From the NCBI GenBank assembly GCA_964658025.1, contig CAZZXB010000104.1, positions 1 through 10,299 on the forward strand: a stretch of 10,299 nt of DNA. Direction: 5' to 3'. The notes below the pieces were generated by a model. The model worked only from the letters and a program-made list of their open reading frames with translations. It was not told where the DNA came from and searched no databases. Of the stretch, positions 5,389 through 10,299 are shown piece after piece. The stretch's first letter is position 1. Every line of letters begins with the position of its first letter. Source of the DNA: an uncultured Janthinobacterium sp. GTDB taxonomy: Bacteria; Vulcanimicrobiota; Vulcanimicrobiia; Vulcanimicrobiales; Vulcanimicrobiaceae. The position numbers were made by a program, and so were the translations under genes.

Positions 5389-6816
5389 ATGGATGCTTCG
5401 CTTTCTCGGCGCAAGTCGATTACCACGATCCTGGCGCAGACCGAAGAGGCGGGCGAGGGCGAGAAGCTCAAGCGCGCGATGGGGGTCTGGGGCATCACGG
5501 CGCTCGGCATCGGCGCGATCATCGGGACGGGCATCTTCGTCCTGACCGGCAAGGCCGCGGCGCTGAGCGCGGGCCCGGGCGTCGTGCTCTCGTTCGTGAT
5601 CGCGGGGATCGTGAGCGCGCTCGCCGCGCTCTGTTATGCGGAGCTCGCGTCGACGGTACCGGTCTCGGGGAGCGCCTACACGTACGTCTACGCGACGCTC
5701 GGGGAACTGCTCGCCTGGATCGTCGGTTGGGGGCTCATCCTCGAATACGCGCTCGGCGCGGCGACGGTCGCGATCGGATGGTCCGGATACTTTTCGGACT
5801 TCCTGTTCGCGACGTTCGGCCTCAAGATCCCGATGGCGCTGCGAACCAATCCGTTCGACGGCGGCTTTCTCAACGTCCCCGCGTTCGTCATCATCTTGTT
5901 GATCACGATGTTGCTCATCCGCGGGACGCAGGAGAGCGCGACGGTCAACAAGATCATCGTCGCGATCAAGCTCGCGATCGTCGTGTTCTTCATCGCGGTC
6001 GGCGTGGGACACGTGAACCCCGCGAACTGGCATCCGTTCTTACCCTTCGGCTGGAACGGCGTCATCAACGGCGCGGGTCTCGTCTTCTTCGCCTACATCG
6101 GATTCGACGCGGTCTCGACCTCGGCCGAGGAGGTGAAGAATCCCGGTCGCGATCTGCCGCGCGGGATCATCGGAAGCCTCGTCGTCTGCACGGTGCTCTA
6201 CGTCATCGTCTCGGGCGTGTTGACCGGGATCATCTCGTACACGAAGCTCAACGTGCCCTCGCCCGTCTCGTTCTCGCTCATCTCGCTCGGCCTCGGTTGG
6301 GCGGGCGCGATCGTCGCGCTCGGGGCGATCGCGGGGCTCACGACGGTCTTACTCGTGATGCTGTACGGCCAGAGTCGCGTCTTCTTCAGTATGTCGCGCG
6401 ACGGATTATTACCGAAGCTCTTTTCGAAAATCCATCCGACGTTTCGCACGCCGTACATGTCGTCGGCGATCATCGGAATCGTCGTCGCGGTCGTCGCCGG
6501 CATCGGGCAACTCGACGTCGTGGCGAACCTCGTCAATATCGGAACGCTCTTCGCGTTCGCGCTCGTCTCGGTCGGCGTCATCGTGTTGCGTCGTCAGCAA
6601 CCGGATCTCAAACGCGGCTTCACCTGTCCGGGTAACCCCGTCGTGCCCGCGTTATCGGCGCTCGGCGCGATCGGACTGATCCTCAAAGGACTTCCGGTGC
6701 AGACGCTCGTCGCGTTCTTCACCTGGATGGCGATCGGACTCGTGATCTTTTTCGCCTACAGCCGTCGACGCAGTAATCTCGGCGACGCGAGTCGTTCGGA
6801 CGCCGGTGCCGCGTAG
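5389..6816 (+). CDS. APC-superfamily amino acid permease (cationic amino acid transporter/YfnA-like)
   Basis: GIGAIIGTGIFVLTG (TM1), CYAELASTVPVSGSAYTY, FFAYIGFDAVST (TM6), EEVKNPGRDLP and SRDGLLP motifs; about 12 hydrophobic segments; 475 aa. Confidence 0.95.
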   Translation: MDASLSRRKSITTILAQTEEAGEGEKLKRAMGVWGITALGIGAIIGTGIFVLTGKAAALSAGPGVVLSFVIAGIVSALAALCYAELASTVPVSGSAYTYVYATLGELLAWIVGWGLILEYALGAATVAIGWSGYFSDFLFATFGLKIPMALRTNPFDGGFLNVPAFVIILLITMLLIRGTQESATVNKIIVAIKLAIVVFFIAVGVGHVNPANWHPFLPFGWNGVINGAGLVFFAYIGFDAVSTSAEEVKNPGRDLPRGIIGSLVVCTVLYVIVSGVLTGIISYTKLNVPSPVSFSLISLGLGWAGAIVALGAIAGLTTVLLVMLYGQSRVFFSMSRDGLLPKLFSKIHPTFRTPYMSSAIIGIVVAVVAGIGQLDVVANLVNIGTLFAFALVSVGVIVLRRQQPDLKRGFTCPGNPVVPALSALGAIGLILKGLPVQTLVAFFTWMAIGLVIFFAYSRRRSNLGDASRSDAGAA

Positions 6817-6867
6817 GCCGAGCGACCCGACCGGGAGGGAAAGGCGCTTCTCGCTAACTCCGCTTCC

Positions 6868-9800
6868 GTGATCGAAACGGCGACCGCGCTCGACGTGCGA
6901 CTACTCGGCCATGCCGACGTGGTCGTTTCCGGTCGTTCCGTCAAGTTCGCGAAGCGTCCGACGACGCTCGCGATGATCGCGTACCTCATCTTACGGAAGG
7001 GAATCGCCGTCTCGCGCGAGTCGCTCGCGTACACGCTGTTTCCGGACGACGACGAGGAGGCGGCGCTCGCGAACCTGCGACGCTATCTCTATCTCGCGGG
7101 CAAGGCGCTCCCCGAACGAGACGCCGATCCGTGGCTCGTCGTCGACAACGAGACGGTGCGCTGGAACGCCGCCGCCGGAGCGTCGGTGGACGCGCTCTCG
7201 TTCGAACGACTCGCGAGCGATCCGGCGACCCACGAGCGCGCGGTCGACCTCTACGTAGGCGATCTCATGGAAGATTGCTACGACGATTGGATCCTCGGCG
7301 AGCGGGAGCGACTGCGCGCGATCTATTTTCGTACGCTCGAGGCGCTCGTCGAGCGACATCGCGAGGCGCGCGCGTACGCGTCCGCGCTCGCGTGCGCGCA
7401 CCGTATCCTCGCGAGCGATACCTGGCGCGAAGACGTCGTGCGACAGGCGATGTCGCTACGCTACGATTCGGGCGATACGCCGGGCGCGCTCGTCGAATAC
7501 GATCGTTTCGCCGAGCGCCTGCGCGACGAGATGAACCTCGTGCCGATGCCCGAGACGCTCGCGCTGCGCGACGCGATCCGTGCGAACCGTTCGCTCGTCG
7601 GCGCCCGCGCGACGTTCGCGGACGAGCCGTCGACGCCGCGCGCGACGCGGGCGCATCGCCTCCCGTTTTTCGGTCGCGAGGAAGAGCGCGCGAAGCTCCG
7701 TCACGCCTGGGATCGCGCCGCACGCGGGTTCGGGAACGTCGTGATCCTCAGCGGCGAGGCCGGGATCGGGAAGACGCGACTCGTCGGCGAGATCGCGCGG
7801 CTCGTGGAGAGCGAGGGCGGCCGGGCCTACGGCGGCGAGACGGCGTCGCCCGAATCGCCGCCGTACCAGTGTCTCGTCGAAGCGCTCCGCTCGGCGCTCC
7901 CCGTCCTCGAAGCGAGCCCGCTTCCGCCCCTGACGACGCGCGTGCTCGCGCGCATCCTGCCGGATCTCCCGGCGACCGCGAACGTGGAGCTCGCCGCGCT
8001 CGCGCCGGAACGCGAGGCGACGCGTCTGCTCGAAGCGATCGCACGCGCCGTCGAACACGTCGCCGCGTCGCGGCCGCTCCTGCTCGTGCTCGAAGATCTC
8101 CACTGGGCCGCGGAGACGACGATCGACGCGATCGCGGCGATCGCCCGACGGATCGCACGGACGCGCGCGCTCGTCGTCGGAACGTACCGCCTCGAAGAGA
8201 CGCCGCCGTCGCACCCGTTGCGCAAGCTCGTCCACGCGCTCGGCGCGGAACAGCGCGTTTCGACGATCCAGCTCGGCCGTTTCGATCGCGACGAGGTGGC
8301 CCGGATCCTCGCGACGTCCGCGATCGACGACCCGAACCTGCTCGATCGCATGTATGCCTTTAGCGAGGGCAACCCGCTCTTTCTGAGCGAGGCCGTCGCC
8401 GACGCGCTCGAACGCGGGACGAGCGACGTCGCCTCCGCTCCGCGCTCCGAGACCATCGGAAGCGTGATCGCGGCGCGGACCGACCGCCTGAGCAATCGCG
8501 CCCGGACGATCGCCGAGATCGCGGCGATCTGCGGCCGCGGATGTAACGTCGACGTGGTCGGCGACGTCGCGGGACTCTCCGCGGGCGAGACGCTCGCCGG
8601 GTTCAACGAGCTGCTCGACCGTCGTCTCGTCCGCGAGGCGGGTGCGCGCGATCGTTTCGATTTCGTCTTCACGCACCATCTCATCGCGACCGCGATCTAC
8701 GATCGCATCGACGCCGCCGTCCGCGCGCGCCGGCACGCGCGCGTCGCGCACGTCCTCGAGCGCGCGGGAACGGGGAGCGCGCGCGATCTCGCGCACCACT
8801 ACGATCTCGCGAAGATGCGCGGCGATGCGGCGCGTACCGCGAGACGGGCCGCGCGCGAGGCCGCCGACGTGTTCGCGAACGACGACACGCTGCGCTTCGC
8901 GTCGCTCGCACTGACGAACGATCCGGACGACGTCGACGCGCTCTTCCTGCGCGAAGAGGCCGCCTCGCGGCTCGGCGCCTACGCCGCCGGACGCGCGGAT
9001 CTCGATCGGCTGGAACGACTCGCGACCGACGACGCGATGCGGTGCCGCGTGCTCGAGCGTCGGATCGCGCTCGCCCATGCGACGGGCGAACGCGCGGACG
9101 AGCGCACCGCGATCGCGGCGCTCCGCGCGGCCGGATCCTCCCTCGGATCGCCGTATTGGCGCGGCGTCGCCGCGTGCGCGGAAGCGCTCCTCAACGTCGC
9201 GTGCTCCGCCTACGACGAGGCGGCGGATTCGGCGCGCGAAGCGCTCGACGCGTTCGCATCGAGCGACGCGCCGCGCGAACGCGTCCGCGCCTTGTCGGCG
9301 CTGATCGAGACGCTCGCGAACACGGGCGCGTTCGGCGAGGCCGAACGCTTGCTCGTGGATGCGACGGAACTCGCCCGCACGACGGACGATCCCGTGATCC
9401 TCGCGGAGACGCACCTGCAAGCCACGTCGGTCGCGATGTCGCAACAGCGATTCGAGGAAGTCGTCGTGCGCGGCAAGGAAGCCGCGGAGCGCTTTCGCGC
9501 GATCGGCGATCGCGTCGGAGAAGCGCGCGCTCGCGGCGATCGCCGCGGCGTCGCTACGCCTCTCGCGCTGGAAGGAAGCGCGCGACGCGAATCGCGGCGC
9601 CGCGGCGATCTTCGAATCGATCGGCGATCGCGGCGGCCTCGCACGCGTCTTGATGAATCTCGGGATGTTGCACGGGCGCTGCGGCGATCTCGTTCGCTCG
9701 CGCGCGCTATGGCGGGCGGCGCGCGTCCACCAACTCTTTCTCGGAGACGAGCGCGCCTGCACTGCCGCGCTGCTCAACGAGAGCTTCATCGCACTCTTAG

Positions 9801-10299
9801 AAGGCGACGCGCTCGGCGCGCGCGATCTCGGACGCGAGGGTCTCGCGCGCGCCGAAGCGATCGGGCATCCCGCATACCGCGCGCAGGCGCTCGCGAACGT
9901 CGGGGCGGCCGAGCGCGATCTCGGCGAACTCGACGCCGCGATCGCGCACATGACCGAGGGTCTCGCGTTGCAGTTCGAACTCTCGCGGATCGCGAGCGCG
10001 GTGAGCGATCTCGCCGATCTCGCGCTCGCCTACGCGCGCGCCGGAGCGGTCGCGACGGCGCTCGACCACGCGGAGCGCATCCTCGCGATCGAAGCCGCCG
10101 CGGGCAGCGCGGCGATCTATCCCGCCTTTCCGACGTGGATCGCCGCGTGCATCTTCCATTGGTTCGACGATCCGCGTGCCAACGACGCGCTCGAGGCCGC
10201 GGCGGAGATCGCGCGGACGTATGCCCGCTCGATCGACGATCCGGAATTGCACGGCTACTTCGAGCGCTTGCCGTTCGTCGTCGCGATCGAACGCGCGCT
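6868..10299 (+). CDS. SARP-like wHTH + BTAD + STAND (AAA_16-type) ATPase + TPR transcriptional regulator; 3'-partial, frameshifted near 9529
   Basis: Hand translation from GTG 6868 (frame 1): LDVRLLG...AYLIL...VSRESLAYTLFPD (wHTH); AVDLYVGDLMEDCYDDWILGERERL...DTWRED (BTAD); FFGREEE, Walker A GEAGIGKT (7753-7776), Walker B LLLVLEDLHWA (from 8077), GNPLFL (8368); then TPR-like helices that continue in frame 2 after 9530. Missing from the ORF track, probably because no stop occurs before the window edge. Confidence 0.9.
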   Translation, partial: MIETATALDVRLLGHADVVVSGRSVKFAKRPTTLAMIAYLILRKGIAVSRESLAYTLFPDDDEEAALANLRRYLYLAGKALPERDADPWLVVDNETVRWNAAAGASVDALSFERLASDPATHERAVDLYVGDLMEDCYDDWILGERERLRAIYFRTLEALVERHREARAYASALACAHRILASDTWREDVVRQAMSLRYDSGDTPGALVEYDRFAERLRDEMNLVPMPETLALRDAIRANRSLVGARATFADEPSTPRATRAHRLPFFGREEERAKLRHAWDRAARGFGNVVILSGEAGIGKTRLVGEIARLVESEGGRAYGGETASPESPPYQCLVEALRSALPVLEASPLPPLTTRVLARILPDLPATANVELAALAPEREATRLLEAIARAVEHVAASRPLLLVLEDLHWAAETTIDAIAAIARRIARTRALVVGTYRLEETPPSHPLRKLVHALGAEQRVSTIQLGRFDRDEVARILATSAIDDPNLLDRMYAFSEGNPLFLSEAVADALERGTSDVASAPRSETIGSVIAARTDRLSNRARTIAEIAAICGRGCNVDVVGDVAGLSAGETLAGFNELLDRRLVREAGARDRFDFVFTHHLIATAIYDRIDAAVRARRHARVAHVLERAGTGSARDLAHHYDLAKMRGDAARTARRAAREAADVFANDDTLRFASLALTNDPDDVDALFLREEAASRLGAYAAGRADLDRLERLATDDAMRCRVLERRIALAHATGERADERTAIAALRAAGSSLGSPYWRGVAACAEALLNVACSAYDEAADSAREALDAFASSDAPRERVRALSALIETLANTGAFGEAERLLVDATELARTTDDPVILAETHLQATSVAMSQQRFEEVVVRGKEAAERFRAIGDRVGEARARGDRRGVATPLALEGSARRESRRRGDLRIDRRSRRPRTRLDESRDVARALRRSRSLARAMAGGARPPTLSRRRARLHCRAAQRELHRTLRRRRARRARSRTRGSRARRSDRASRIPRAGARERRGGRARSRRTRRRDRAHDRGSRVAVRTLADRERGERSRRSRARLRARRSGRDGARPRGAHPRDRSRRGQRGDLSRLSDVDRRVHLPLVRRSACQRRARGRGGDRADVCPLDRRSGIARLLRALAVRRRDRTRA
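9523..9530 (+). other. Frameshift site in (GC)4 dinucleotide run within the STAND regulator
   Basis: Frame 1 reads ...AIGDRVGEAR and then becomes Arg-rich nonsense. Frame 2 from 9530 reads LAAIAAASLRLSRWKEARDAN...ESIGDRGGLARVLMNLG. Adding one GC unit restores GDRVGEARAL. Confidence 0.85.

Noticed and set aside
5334..5552. N-terminal extension of the ThrE ORF to 5552
   Set aside because: Would overlap the 5' end of the clearly real permease on the opposite strand.
3973..6033. 686-aa minus-strand ORF and other Arg-rich overlapping ORFs (e.g. 1162-2130, 5727-6635, 7131-8363)
   Set aside because: Alternative-frame or antisense translations of well-supported genes, with low-complexity Arg/Ala composition.
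7456..9951. 831-aa minus-strand ORF
   Set aside because: Antisense shadow of the STAND regulator; long stop-free antisense frames are expected at this GC content.
1..10299. CRISPR arrays, tRNA/rRNA, IS elements, prophage or defence genes
   Set aside because: No regularly spaced repeats, RNA-gene signatures, transposase/integrase motifs or compositional discontinuity seen. The STAND protein has a DNA-binding/BTAD N-terminus rather than a nuclease-type defence effector.

Overview
High-GC (roughly 70% by eye) bacterial chromosomal segment with no mobile element, RNA gene or CRISPR array visible. From left to right: an infA (IF-1) homolog (-); a very acidic hypothetical protein (-); a small Cys-rich metallothionein-like protein (+); an exported single-Cys MsrA (-); a secreted hypothetical protein (-); a glutathionyl-hydroquinone reductase of the YqjG/ECM4 type (-); a secreted beta-rich glycine-zipper protein followed by an intrinsic terminator (-); a ThrE-family exporter (-) divergent from an APC amino-acid permease (+); and a large wHTH-BTAD-STAND ATPase-TPR regulator (+) that runs off the right edge and is absent from the ORF track. 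Most notable: (1) infA has no canonical in-frame start downstream of its apparent promoter and seems to start at ATA, overlapped by the stop of a 9-codon uORF, suggesting translational autoregulation. (2) The STAND regulator has a hidden frameshift in a (GC)4 run. (3) A shared ECF-sigma-like motif precedes two exported-protein genes within a thiol/oxidative stress cluster. (4) The HIP1 octamer GCGATCGC is strongly over-represented.
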